A stretch of 56,353 nucleotides of DNA from Lachnospiraceae bacterium (GTDB lineage Bacteria; Bacillota; Clostridia; Lachnospirales; Lachnospiraceae): contig JAZUFV010000079.1 of the NCBI GenBank assembly GCA_045640845.1, forward strand, positions 1 to 56,353. The letters run 5' to 3'. The position numbers and the translations under genes are program-made. Numbering within the stretch: position 1 is the stretch's first letter; every line of letters begins with the position of its first letter. Below, piece after piece: positions 1 to 8,415 of this stretch. The notes under the pieces are model-generated. The model was not told the origin of the DNA, ran no database searches, and worked only from the letters and a program-made list of their open reading frames with translations.

Positions 1-1497
1 TGTATAGAGGAACATCGCCGTTGAGAGCTCTGTGATCATGTTGACCCACGAAAGGATCGCACCGGAAATTACACCGGAAGCCATCATCGGCAAGGTAATT
101 TTGTAGAAAGTCTTGAACTTTGTACTGCCCAGTGAAAGGGCTGCTTCCTCGGTGGTCAGCGGTATTTGCTGCAAAATGGCTACCGAGGAACGTATGGTGT
201 ATGGCATTCGCCTTATAACCAGGGCTATGATCATGATGATCATTGTACCTGTAAGGGCGAGAGGCTTTCTGTTGAAGCTTGTAACCAGGGCGATACCTAC
301 AACAGTTCCAGGAATGATATAAGGAACCATGCTCAGTGCATCAAGTGTTCCTGTAAGGGCATTACGTCTTCTGACTGAAAGATAAGACATCAGTACGGCA
401 ATAATGATTACCAGAAGCAGTGCAGCTCCCGGAATGATGAGGGAGTTCTGAACACTGTTGCCCAGTCTGCTGAACATGTTCTTGTAGCTGTCAAGCGAGA
501 AGCCGTCAACATAAAGAATTCCGTTTGTCTTCAGGAATGATGTGTAGAATACATAAACCTGAGGCAGCATTGCAATTGCAACAACGATGTAGCAGAAAGC
601 GTGGATGAGCACGCTCTTGATACCTTTAAGAGGCTTCGGCTCGATAGGATGAAGTGCATTCATTGAGAATGAGAACTTCTTGCTGGCCACATTCTGCAGT
701 GAGAATACAACTGTTGTAATGACTATGGCCATAACTGCTATGGCTGAAGCAAAGCCTTTGTTCTGTGAAACCTCTCCAACGAACTCGGTATACATGATAA
801 CAGGGAAGGTACGATAGCCTTCGCCCATCAGCATAGGAGTACCAAAGTCTGAGAGAGCACGGATGAATACCAGCAGTGCGCCTGCAAGGATCGTAGGCAT
901 GATCAGCGGAACAACAATCTTGAAGAAGCGCTTGATTCCTTTAATACCAAGGTTCTCGCTGGCTTCCATAAGGGAATTGTCCATCTTGTTCAGCGCGCCT
1001 GTTACATACAGGTAGATAAGGGAGAACAGCTGGGATGTGAATACCAGCAGCATTCCTCCGAAACCGTAAATATCAGGAGTCTGAATTCCAAGATTAGCAA
1101 AGAACTCAGTGATGACACCGCTTCTTCCCAAAAGCAGGATCCATGCGTAAGCGCCGACAAAAGGAGCAGACATGGATGAAATGATGATAAGCATTCTGAG
1201 CAGCTTTTTGCCGTGAACCTTATACATGCTCAGGAAGTATGCCATAGGCACACCAATAACGGTTGAGCATATGGTTGCCCAGAAGGAAACCTTGAAGGAA
1301 TTCATAAGCGTATTAAAGTAATACGGCTTTGAGAAGAACTTCAGGAAGTTTCCGAAAGTTAAATTTCCGTCTCCGTCAAAAATGGACATCTTGAACAGGT
1401 TACCAAGAGGATAAACCATGAACAGGAGATAGAACAGGAGAAGAAGAATAGTTACTACTCCCCAGACATCCATACGGAATCCCCGTTTTTTAGTCAT
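1..1497 (-). CDS. ABC transporter permease, fused two-domain type (FbpB/PotBC-like); 3' end cut by window edge
   Basis: Absent from the ORF track because it runs off the window. Manual minus-strand translation from the ATG at 1497 gives an open 499-codon frame (MTKKRGFRMDVWGVVTILLLLFYLLFMVYPLGN...). It is very hydrophobic and has two EAA-like loops (MEASENLGIKGIKRFFKIVVPL and TEEAALSLGSTKFKTFYKITLPMM). Its start overlaps the stop of the upstream ATPase gene by 8 nt. Confidence 0.8.
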   Translation of the reverse strand, partial: MTKKRGFRMDVWGVVTILLLLFYLLFMVYPLGNLFKMSIFDGDGNLTFGNFLKFFSKPYYFNTLMNSFKVSFWATICSTVIGVPMAYFLSMYKVHGKKLLRMLIIISSMSAPFVGAYAWILLLGRSGVITEFFANLGIQTPDIYGFGGMLLVFTSQLFSLIYLYVTGALNKMDNSLMEASENLGIKGIKRFFKIVVPLIMPTILAGALLVFIRALSDFGTPMLMGEGYRTFPVIMYTEFVGEVSQNKGFASAIAVMAIVITTVVFSLQNVASKKFSFSMNALHPIEPKPLKGIKSVLIHAFCYIVVAIAMLPQVYVFYTSFLKTNGILYVDGFSLDSYKNMFSRLGNSVQNSLIIPGAALLLVIIIAVLMSYLSVRRRNALTGTLDALSMVPYIIPGTVVGIALVTSFNRKPLALTGTMIIMIIALVIRRMPYTIRSSVAILQQIPLTTEEAALSLGSTKFKTFYKITLPMMASGVISGAILSWVNMITELSTAMFLYT

Positions 1498-2578
1498 TTG
1501 CGTTCTCCTTCCCGGCAACTAAGTTGTGAGCTCCATCGGCATCAAAAATGTTGATCTTTTCGGCCTTAACGGTCAGATGAACAGGAGTGCCTGAATGAAC
1601 CTTATCCTGGATCATTGATTCCTGAATGACCTCAACCTTTTCTTCGGCACCGATATCAACAAGATAATGGGTGTTGAGTCCAAGGTAGATGCTGTCTGTT
1701 ACAGTACCCACGATACCTTCCTGTGTATTCGGATGGATAACGAATTCTTCAGGACGTACGGAAACCTTAACATCCTGATCAGGAACGCCGGCCCAGTTTT
1801 CATGAGTGATGCTGTAGCCTGAAGGGAATTTAAGAACTCCGCTTTCAATTTTTGCATCGATGAAGTTTGCACGTCCGATGAAGTTTGCAACGAAAAGGTT
1901 TGCAGGTCTCTGGTAGATCTTTCTCGGGTCTCCCAGATCCTGGATAACGCCGTCACGCATAACAGCGATGGTATCACTTATGGACATGGCCTCTTCCTGG
2001 TCATGTGTTACATAAACGGTGGTGATACCAACATCCTTCTGGATGTCACGGATAGCCTGGCGCATCTCAACTCTCAGTTTTGCATCAAGGTTTGAAAGAG
2101 GCTCGTCCATAAGAAGAACATCCGGCTTGATGACAAGAGCTCTTGCCAGAGCGACACGCTGCTGCTGGCCGCCTGAAAGGTTTTCAGGAAGTCTGTCAGC
2201 ATACTCATCTATACGCATCATTTTGAGGAATTTATCTGTTTCAGTCTTGATAGTTTCCTTGGAAACTTTACGGTTTTTAAGTCCAAAAGCAACATTTTCA
2301 CGAACTGTAAGGTGTGGGAATATCGCATAGTTCTGGAAAACCATACCTATGTTTCGCTTGCTTGGATCCTTGTCGTTGATTCTTTCCTCGTTGAAGTAGA
2401 AGTCACCACCTTCGATTGAGTTAAAGCCGGCAATCATTCTAAGTAAAGTCGTTTTTCCGCAGCCTGAAGGGCCAAGAAGAGTGAAAAATTCACCGTCTTT
2501 GATGTCGAGGTTGAGCCCTTCAATGACTGTGTTGTCGCCATACCTCTTAATAGCATCACGAATAGTAATTTTGCTCAT
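1490..2578 (-). CDS. ABC transporter ATP-binding protein (PotA/FbpC/MalK-like, with C-terminal regulatory/TOBE-like domain)
   Basis: Walker A GPSGCGKTT, signature LSGGQQQRVALARAL, Walker B LLMDEPLS and H-loop VTHDQ. An extra C-terminal domain of about 120 aa follows. GGAGG-like RBS (GGGGAGGAAATTTAACAAATG). Confidence 0.95.
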   Translation of the reverse strand: MSKITIRDAIKRYGDNTVIEGLNLDIKDGEFFTLLGPSGCGKTTLLRMIAGFNSIEGGDFYFNEERINDKDPSKRNIGMVFQNYAIFPHLTVRENVAFGLKNRKVSKETIKTETDKFLKMMRIDEYADRLPENLSGGQQQRVALARALVIKPDVLLMDEPLSNLDAKLRVEMRQAIRDIQKDVGITTVYVTHDQEEAMSISDTIAVMRDGVIQDLGDPRKIYQRPANLFVANFIGRANFIDAKIESGVLKFPSGYSITHENWAGVPDQDVKVSVRPEEFVIHPNTQEGIVGTVTDSIYLGLNTHYLVDIGAEEKVEVIQESMIQDKVHSGTPVHLTVKAEKINIFDADGAHNLVAGKENAND

Positions 2579-2652
2579 TTGTTAAATTTCCTCCCCAGAT
2601 CTGACAGCGGACAGAACCGGTTCTGCACAGGTTCCGCCGCCGGCAGGTTCAT

Positions 2653-3558
2653 TTAGTCAACTTTATAACCGTACTCTCTTGCGAGGTCATCAAGCTGTTT
2701 CTTGATCTCGTCAGAAACATAATCCTGTTTCTTAGGCATTCTTGAATGCATTCCGGTAGGGCCTCCGCCGTACTTCATTGCATAGATCCAGCCTGCATTG
2801 AAAGGAGTCTGCTTGCACAGGTTTCTGATGCGGAGAACTTTAAGCTGAGCTTCAAGGCACTTCTTGTAATCACCCTGCAGACCGTATTCAACGATGTCGA
2901 TCATTTCCTTAGGGAACGGAACTGCCATGAATGATACGCAGCCGACAGCACCATAAAGCATCATATCTCCGTCAAGACCATCGCTTCCGCCAAGGAAGTC
3001 AAACTCGTCAGGATTGATGCGGAGTACACACTGCATGAAATTAAGAACGTCAACAGATGCATCCTTGAAACCTCTGAGGTTAGGATGTTCCTCATGGAGC
3101 TTCTGAAGTGTGTCAGGAGCAAAAAGCTGAGGCATCTGTGAGCAGTTGTAGATGTAAACAGGTTTTTTGCAGTAGTCGATAAGCTCTGCGCAGTAATCAT
3201 ACAGAGCTTCCTGTGTATGCCTGAAGAAAGGAGGAGCTGTGATGCAGTAGCAGTCGCACAGACCTGTCTCTTCATAAGCATCGATAAGAGCTTTGTTCTG
3301 AAGAACTGTGTTCTCAAAAGAGCAGCACATAAGCTTTGCATTTCCCTGAGTGATCTTGTAGATGTGTCTCAGGATCTCAAGCTTTTCTTCTGTTGAAGTT
3401 GCCTGGCATTCAGCGCCGAAGCCGTTTACAAAGAATGCTTTGATTCCCTTGCTCATAAGCCAGGTTATAAGTTCTTCCAGCATTTCGTAATTGATTGAGC
3501 CGTCCTCATTGAAAGGAGTTAAGATCTCATCAACTACACCGGTAATAAAATGTGACAT
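2653..3558 (-). CDS. DapA/NanA-family class I aldolase-like protein (divergent)
   Basis: The track ORF is 2653..3597. I prefer the internal ATG at 3558 (MSHFITGV...) because GGAGG lies 8 nt upstream. Family landmarks are the IYN(C)S Tyr motif and FKDAS (candidate Schiff-base Lys). The usual G(S/T)(S/T)GE motif reads GFGAE. Confidence 0.8.
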   Translation of the reverse strand: MSHFITGVVDEILTPFNEDGSINYEMLEELITWLMSKGIKAFFVNGFGAECQATSTEEKLEILRHIYKITQGNAKLMCCSFENTVLQNKALIDAYEETGLCDCYCITAPPFFRHTQEALYDYCAELIDYCKKPVYIYNCSQMPQLFAPDTLQKLHEEHPNLRGFKDASVDVLNFMQCVLRINPDEFDFLGGSDGLDGDMMLYGAVGCVSFMAVPFPKEMIDIVEYGLQGDYKKCLEAQLKVLRIRNLCKQTPFNAGWIYAMKYGGGPTGMHSRMPKKQDYVSDEIKKQLDDLAREYGYKVD

Positions 3559-3590
3559 AGTAAAACCTCCAAATGTTTCTGATTTATTTT

Positions 3591-4493
3591 TTACCAACCC
3601 TTTGTTTCGTGTGCCATAGGATGATCCAGAACTTCAGGGCATGTGCAGAGGATTATTTCCGGTACATATTTCGGGAAGATGGTAACCGGATACTCCAGTG
3701 TAGGTTCGCTGAAGAGAAGGATTCTGCAGACGGTCTGTTTCCAGCCGGCAGGTGTGGTTGCAACCATATATACGCAGCGTTTTGCGGTGATCATGATGCC
3801 GAAACCGATTGTGATTCCTTTAGGCGGAACGCGGTCAAGGCATGTTCCGAAAGAGCGCTGAGCCATGGCAACCATGGAATCATCGCTTATGTCAACGATG
3901 TGAGTCTTGCCGTGAGCATACTCATCAACGGTCAGATGCATCCAATAGCTTCTAGGGGCTTCATCGAAAGCAACAAGGCCTGTTGCGCCGATTCCTGCCC
4001 AAACGGTATCAACTCCGCCGAGCTTTTCGCAGAGCTGATCCGGATAATCCATATCATTAATGCGAGGCCAGATTCGCTGTTCAACCGGAACGGTCAGTTC
4101 AGGATCGATCCTGTCGTACAGGCAGGCTTCCATTGTTCCTTCAAGACTTTCATATGTATCCCCAACAGGGTAAGGTCGGCATTGCCAATCAAGGAATTCA
4201 TCCATATGGAATACCCACAGATTTTTCAGACTTATACGTTCATTGTTTACACGTTCTACCAATGTATCATATTCCTGTGTAGGACCTGCCGGTAAAACCC
4301 AGACAGTCTTTTCGCCACGGGCATTATGTTCTTTAACTTCGTCGGCCATCATGTTGCCGATCGTAGTGAATATTTCGTTTTTATCAGCGCCCAGCTTGAT
4401 CTGAGCCTTAAGGTCTGTTCTTTTTAAAAGTTCTTCTGTCGGAACGGAGCACCACTCATATATTTCCTGAGTTGTAAGACGGTTTGTTAACAT
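3591..4493 (-). CDS. Glucosamine-6-phosphate deaminase/6-phosphogluconolactonase (NagB/SugarP-isomerase) family protein, divergent
   Basis: The track ORF is 3591..4514. The ATG at 4493 (MLTNRLTT...) has GGGGGA 6 nt upstream. Motifs LPAGPTQ (compare LPTGGTP), FHMDEF (compare FNMDEY) and GIGATGLVAFDEA (compare GVGNDGHIAFNEP). Confidence 0.75.
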   Translation of the reverse strand: MLTNRLTTQEIYEWCSVPTEELLKRTDLKAQIKLGADKNEIFTTIGNMMADEVKEHNARGEKTVWVLPAGPTQEYDTLVERVNNERISLKNLWVFHMDEFLDWQCRPYPVGDTYESLEGTMEACLYDRIDPELTVPVEQRIWPRINDMDYPDQLCEKLGGVDTVWAGIGATGLVAFDEAPRSYWMHLTVDEYAHGKTHIVDISDDSMVAMAQRSFGTCLDRVPPKGITIGFGIMITAKRCVYMVATTPAGWKQTVCRILLFSEPTLEYPVTIFPKYVPEIILCTCPEVLDHPMAHETKGW

Positions 4494-4515
4494 GGTATTT
4501 CCCCCTTTTAACAAG

Positions 4516-4544
4516 CTGCGGTCCTACAGAAGGTAGGACCGCAG
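4516..4544 (-). other. Intra-operon stem-loop just downstream of the binding-protein gene
   Basis: Perfect 12-bp arms, ctgcggtcctac / gtaggaccgcag, with a 5-nt loop. No U-tract follows on the minus strand, so this is more likely a 3' stabiliser or partial terminator than a full terminator. Confidence 0.5.
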
Positions 4545-4566
4545 TCAGTCAAATCGTATAGATTAA

Positions 4567-5664
4567 TTAGTTCATTACATCAGCGGTAATGTCTTTGCAC
4601 TTATCAGTAATTTCTGTCTTGTGCTCGTTAAGGTATGTCTGATCAAGATGCTTTGAGTTGATCTCTGTTGATGGAAGGAAGTAATCCGGATATTCAACGT
4701 CATCTCTTACAGGACGGAGGTCAAGTTCAGAAACGAAGATCTGCTGAACTTCTTTGCTGAGCATGAAGTCGATGAACTTCTTAGCAAGTTCAGGATGTGC
4801 GCAGTTCTTGATAAGTCCGCAAGGTGTGCATGAAAGGCATGTGCCTTCCTTTGGATATACAACAGTAACGTCAGCGCCGTCTCTCTTAGCAACAACGCAA
4901 GGCTCTTCGTAGCTGAGTGCTACAACCTTCTCGCCGTCAACTACTGACTTCCAAGCTGCTGATGAGCCTGAAGCGAAGCCGCCGAGCTGTTTGAACAGAG
5001 CTGTTACATAATCCCATGCTTCTGTGTTATCAACATTAAGGCCGCCCTTATCTGTATGGATAACTTCTACATGGAACAGAGCTGAACCTGACTCAACAGG
5101 GTCAGGCATAGCGATCTTGCCTTCAAGTTCAGGCTGAAGGAGATCTTCGTATCCTTCGATCTTGATTCCGAGTTCATCACGAAGAGTGTTGTTTACAAGG
5201 AAAAGAGCGCAGTCTACGCAGTAGTTTGATACGAAACCTGTTGTGTTGCGGAATTCTTCATTGAGGTTAGCATCTTCCGGGCTGAGATAGTCTTCGAAAA
5301 GATGACGATACTCTGTGTATGAAGACTCGCCGCCGCCGTACATAACGTCGCAATATGGGTTGTCACCCTCTGCGTCGATACGGGCAAGGAGTTCACCTGT
5401 ACCACCGGTGATGATTTCGCACTTGCAGCCATATTTCTCTTCGAACATAGGCACGATGCGGTTGATTTCTGCATCAGGCTGTGTGGTGTAGAGAACCAGA
5501 GTGTCTTCTACAGCTGCGTCTGTAGCTGCGTCTGTAGCTGCCTGAGTTCCTCCGCCTGCAGCTGCTGTTGTGTTTTCAGCAGGAGCTGAACCGCCGCATG
5601 CAGCAAGGCCGAGAACCATGATCAGTGCCAGAACAACAGCCAGCATTTTCTTCATGTTTTTCAT
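4567..5664 (-). CDS. ABC transporter substrate-binding lipoprotein (family-1 / Fe3+-polyamine-thiamine type)
   Basis: Signal peptide plus lipobox (LVLGLAACGG), followed by a Thr/Ala-rich linker. First gene of the operon. RBS AAAGGGA lies 7 nt upstream. Confidence 0.85.
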   Translation of the reverse strand: MKNMKKMLAVVLALIMVLGLAACGGSAPAENTTAAAGGGTQAATDAATDAAVEDTLVLYTTQPDAEINRIVPMFEEKYGCKCEIITGGTGELLARIDAEGDNPYCDVMYGGGESSYTEYRHLFEDYLSPEDANLNEEFRNTTGFVSNYCVDCALFLVNNTLRDELGIKIEGYEDLLQPELEGKIAMPDPVESGSALFHVEVIHTDKGGLNVDNTEAWDYVTALFKQLGGFASGSSAAWKSVVDGEKVVALSYEEPCVVAKRDGADVTVVYPKEGTCLSCTPCGLIKNCAHPELAKKFIDFMLSKEVQQIFVSELDLRPVRDDVEYPDYFLPSTEINSKHLDQTYLNEHKTEITDKCKDITADVMN

Positions 5665-5768
5665 GATTTAATCCCTTTCTTTAAAGTGAATTTTTAATCC
5701 AAGTGTGCTAAAAAAGTACGCCAGACATATATATAAGTTGGCAACAATTTTATACCACTTTCGAGCAT

Positions 5769-5797
5769 AAGTTATCACAAGCCGGGTATTATGTCAA
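5769..5797 (-). promoter_or_regulatory. Candidate sigma-70-type promoter for the ABC operon
   Basis: On the minus strand: TTGACA (5797..5792), a 17-nt spacer, then TAACTT (5774..5769), about 105 nt upstream of the start at 5664. The -10 is weak. An alternative is TGgTATAAA slightly downstream. Confidence 0.3.
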
Positions 5798-5845
5798 TGC
5801 ACGAATAACCAAAGATTTATGTGCAGTTTATACATAATGACAGTT

Positions 5846-5902
5846 ATAAAAATAAAGGGGCAGATATTGTGTGTCAGAGGAGTCGGGCAGCACAATATCT
5901 GC
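5846..5902 (-). terminator. Rho-independent terminator (minus strand)
   Basis: 12-bp arms gcagatattgtg (5860-5871) / cacaatatctgc (5891-5902). On the minus strand they are followed by CCCCTTTATTTTTAT. It separates the tandem-repeat region from the ABC operon promoter. Confidence 0.6.
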
Positions 5903-5934
5903 ATTTCTAATATGGAATTCTTCGGCATAGGAAA

Positions 5935-6240
5935 ATTCTCTTACATAAAGGTATGTCATGTTAGAGTGAGTCTCTAACATAAAGGGGTCCAATGTTAGAG
6001 AATTCGGTCTGTTTTTAAGAAAAGACAGAGAAAAAAGTTGAAAAGAGGTCTGATTCTCTTACATAGAGGTATGCCATGTTAGAGCAGCGCTCTAACATAG
6101 ATGGGTTCAATGTTAGAGAATTCGGACATTTTTTAAGAAAAGACAGAGAAAAAAGTTGAAAAAAGGTCTGATTCTCTTACATAAAGGTATGCCATGTTAG
6201 AGCGGCTCTCTAACATAAAGGGGTTCGATGTTAGAGAATC
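5935..6240. repeat. 118-bp tandem repeat, 2.6 copies, each unit built of four 9-12-nt half-sites of one palindrome
   Basis: Units start at 5935, 6053 and 6171, an exact 118-bp period. Units 1 and 2 differ at about 14 of 118 positions. Each unit contains attctcttacat, catgttagag, ctctaacat and atgttagagaat, followed by an A/T-rich tail. Confidence 0.9.
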
Positions 6241-6246
6241 GGATAT

Positions 6247-6501
6247 TTAATTATGAATGTAGAGGTGAGAAGGAATATGCGGGCAGTGCAGACGGGGCGG
6301 CGCTGCAGATTCTGTTCTCAATGATACAGGGATGTCATCTATACTCAGGTAGATGCGCGAGCGCCGCAAGCGAGTTCCGCCGCCGGTATCAAAGCGCAGA
6401 GTGTAAAGATCACCGCTGAGGGCGATCACGGTGACGCGTCGTATGCGCTTGGTATTTTCAATAATGAAGGCTTTTGTTCCAATCCGGATTTTGCTTTCCA
6501 T
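6247..6501 (-). CDS. Hypothetical small protein (84 aa)
   Basis: ORF only. The N-terminal 55 aa look protein-like (KIRIGTKAFIIENTKRIRRVTVIALSGDLYTLRFDTGGG). There is no convincing RBS, and it sits directly downstream of a strong terminator. It competes with the + strand ORF 6228..6419. Confidence 0.3.
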   Translation of the reverse strand: MESKIRIGTKAFIIENTKRIRRVTVIALSGDLYTLRFDTGGGTRLRRSRIYLSIDDIPVSLRTESAAPPRLHCPHIPSHLYIHN

Positions 6502-6540
6502 AAGCTGCTGCAGTCTGAGCCCTTCGGATTTTTAAGTGCA

Positions 6541-6591
6541 AAAATAAAAGCCGGCCGGATAATGTGACTTGATGTCAGTTATCCGCCGGCT
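6541..6591 (-). terminator. Rho-independent terminator (minus strand)
   Basis: Minus-strand hairpin agccggcggataa...ttatccggccggct (13-14 bp, one bulge) followed by TTTATTTT, about 35 nt after the stop of ORF 6625..6834. Confidence 0.75.
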
Positions 6592-6624
6592 GTTGAGTCG
6601 CGTTTGCTCCGCTCCAGGCTTTGA

Positions 6625-6834
6625 TCAGATATTTATTTTGTTTTGAGGTTCAGGATCTGAAACTCCTTTGCATTCCGCAGGATGCAGCAGGATGTTCATC
6701 AGTGTTTCCAGTGAAAGCCGTTCCTGGCGTTTCCCCTTCTTGGCTATGTATGTGCGCTTACCGGAACTGTCGTCCTCGTAAGTGAGCAGCAGGATCTGCT
6801 GGTCAGGGGTGCGCACTTCATTTTCTCTTTTCAT
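6625..6834 (-). CDS. Hypothetical small protein (69 aa)
   Basis: ORF with an AAGGTGA RBS about 5 nt upstream, followed by a strong terminator. No recognisable motif. Confidence 0.45.
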   Translation of the reverse strand: MKRENEVRTPDQQILLLTYEDDSSGKRTYIAKKGKRQERLSLETLMNILLHPAECKGVSDPEPQNKINI

Positions 6835-6934
6835 CTTCTCACCTTCTTATCGCAGAAAATGCGTGCTCCGGCCACTTCGGGCCGGTTTTATGAAACAGGG
6901 GTGATTAAGATTATAAAGCGAACAAATGTTCGTG

Positions 6935-8044
6935 TCAAGATAAGGTTTCGTTCAGAGCCTGCTTTCTGATTGCGGCGAGGTCTTGGGAAGCTGAGGTATA
7001 GCAATCCCTGTGAGGCATCGCGCCGCCGAAACTGTATTCCACCGGACCTGAGGATACCATTTCCTCCACTGTGTCAAACGCCGAAGGCTTGATTGAGCGC
7101 CATGTGCGGATCATGGTTGTGCGGCTTACGCACGCACGGCGGAAAATGGTCTGCAGTGTGTGGATGGTCATATCAATATCTGCACCCGGACGAACCGGGC
7201 CGGTGGTCGTAGATACTGATACCGTGACGATGCCGTCTCCCTTTACGGCGCGTGATATGTCTGAAACAGATGCATTGCGTCCGGCCATAAACACTTTTTT
7301 GCAGCCGAGAACGCGCATAACAGATGCCATACGTCCTGCAAAGTCACCGCCTGCCGGGTCAAAAAACAGCTCACCGAAGACAGCGGCAGCGTCAGGGGTG
7401 ATGATGGCATAACAGGTTTCGTCGTGAGTTGCCCTCTTAAAGGCACGGATGGCTTCTTTTTCTTCAATATGGAAAGCCGCGGTCGGGCATGCTGCCGCGC
7501 ACTCACCGCTTCCGGTAAACTTTTCCGCATCAACGCGTGAGATAAAACCGGCTTCAGTCTTTTCCATTGTCACGGAGCCGTCTTTGCATGCTGCTGCGCA
7601 GCGCCTGCAGCCTATGCAGAGCGTGTCATCATGCACGATGCCGCCGGCCAGTTTTACAGCGTGGCTTTCATTTGAACGACGCTGGTATTCATAGTCATAA
7701 ATTCCGTTTTCACAAAGCACGCGGATGAATTCGCAGTCCATGCATCTGGCACAGAACTCGCAGTCGAAACGGTGATTTTCCGCAAGTGCCAGAAGTCTTT
7801 CGCGGCGGCGGGACTTTATTTCGTCCGTATCCGTGGCAATCTTCATTCCGTCACGGGCCTTAACGACGCAGGCGCGGACAGGTTTGCCGTCGGCCTCCGC
7901 TTCGCATATGCCGCATACTCCTCCCGGAGCTGTTCCTTTGAGAAAGCAGAGCGTCGGTATCTTTACTCCGGCTTTTGCTGCGGCCTCAAGGATTGTCAGG
8001 CCTTCCGGGGTTTCAAATGTTTTTCCGTTAATTTCTATCTTCAT
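6935..8044 (-). CDS. Multi-cluster Fe-S protein: 2Fe-2S ferredoxin domain + His-ligated 4Fe-4S + 4Fe-4S ferredoxin motif (NuoG / [FeFe]-hydrogenase F-domain-like)
   Basis: C34-x10-C-x2-C-x11-C (2Fe-2S), HRFDCEFCARCMDC (H-x3-C-x2-C-x5-C), CIGCRRCAAAC, then only C-x3-CP (ECAAACP). The first track codon at 8047 is GTG. The ATG at 8044 has GGGGGA 5 nt upstream. Confidence 0.85.
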   Translation of the reverse strand: MKIEINGKTFETPEGLTILEAAAKAGVKIPTLCFLKGTAPGGVCGICEAEADGKPVRACVVKARDGMKIATDTDEIKSRRRERLLALAENHRFDCEFCARCMDCEFIRVLCENGIYDYEYQRRSNESHAVKLAGGIVHDDTLCIGCRRCAAACKDGSVTMEKTEAGFISRVDAEKFTGSGECAAACPTAAFHIEEKEAIRAFKRATHDETCYAIITPDAAAVFGELFFDPAGGDFAGRMASVMRVLGCKKVFMAGRNASVSDISRAVKGDGIVTVSVSTTTGPVRPGADIDMTIHTLQTIFRRACVSRTTMIRTWRSIKPSAFDTVEEMVSSGPVEYSFGGAMPHRDCYTSASQDLAAIRKQALNETLS

Positions 8045-8055
8045 CACTATCCCCC

Positions 8056-8415
8056 TTACTTCCAGCCGGCCGGCTCTTCAAAATATGTCTTGTCCGGATC
8101 GTTCTTTGTGCCGATACGGAACACTTCGCCTGTTGCCTTGCGCTTAAAGAAAATGCGGCCGTTGATAGGGAAACGCATTTCCAGTGCGCCTGTTCTGCAC
8201 ACCTCAACGCAGGTGCCGCAGTACCAGCATTCATCAGGGTAAACCACAACCGGCGGCTTGCCCGGTGTCGGGTTAGGCAGGATGGTCTGAATGCGGCAGA
8301 CGTTTGCGCAGTCGTTGCATCCTATGCAAAGCTCAGGGTCTATAGTGACGGCCACTGTTGGCCCCGTAGGGTTCTGCAGGATAAATGCTTCATTTGTGTA
8401 TTTTTTATCTTCCAT
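8056..8415 (-). CDS. AprB-like 2x[4Fe-4S] ferredoxin subunit
   Basis: CIGCNDCANVC ... YPDECWYCGTCVEVCRTGAL resembles the adenylylsulfate-reductase beta / related small subunit pattern (P-x-x-CW-x-C-x-x-C). Its start ATG overlaps the stop of the upstream flavoprotein gene (TAATG). Confidence 0.8.
   Translation of the reverse strand: MEDKKYTNEAFILQNPTGPTVAVTIDPELCIGCNDCANVCRIQTILPNPTPGKPPVVVYPDECWYCGTCVEVCRTGALEMRFPINGRIFFKRKATGEVFRIGTKNDPDKTYFEEPAGWK

Noticed and set aside
113-378. Two + strand ORFs (69 and 70 aa) at the left edge
   Set aside because: They sit inside the uninterrupted 499-codon minus-strand permease frame, which carries EAA loops.
3573-4295. 240-aa + strand ORF
   Set aside because: It is antisense to the NagB-like gene, is Cys/Arg/Phe-rich, and has no RBS. 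The minus-strand product has family motifs.
5935-6240. Possible CRISPR array, given short palindromic repeats recurring at regular spacing
   Set aside because: The whole 118-bp unit, including the would-be spacers, is repeated at about 88% identity. There are no unique spacers, no cas genes, and the repeated word is only 9-12 nt.
5984-6240. Mini-ORFs with AAAGGGG RBS inside each repeat unit (MLENSVCF, MLENSDIF) and the 63-aa + strand ORF 6228..6419 that extends the third one
   Set aside because: The peptides are 8 aa long and differ between units. There is no plus-strand gene downstream to regulate. The 63-aa extension has a low-complexity, Arg/Cys-rich composition and overlaps the slightly more protein-like minus-strand ORF.
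6866-6890. Small GC hairpin ccggcc-acttcg-ggccgg followed by TTTTA on the plus strand
   Set aside because: The stem is only 6 bp. The orientation fits a plus-strand terminator, but all neighbouring genes are on the minus strand, where no U-tract follows.
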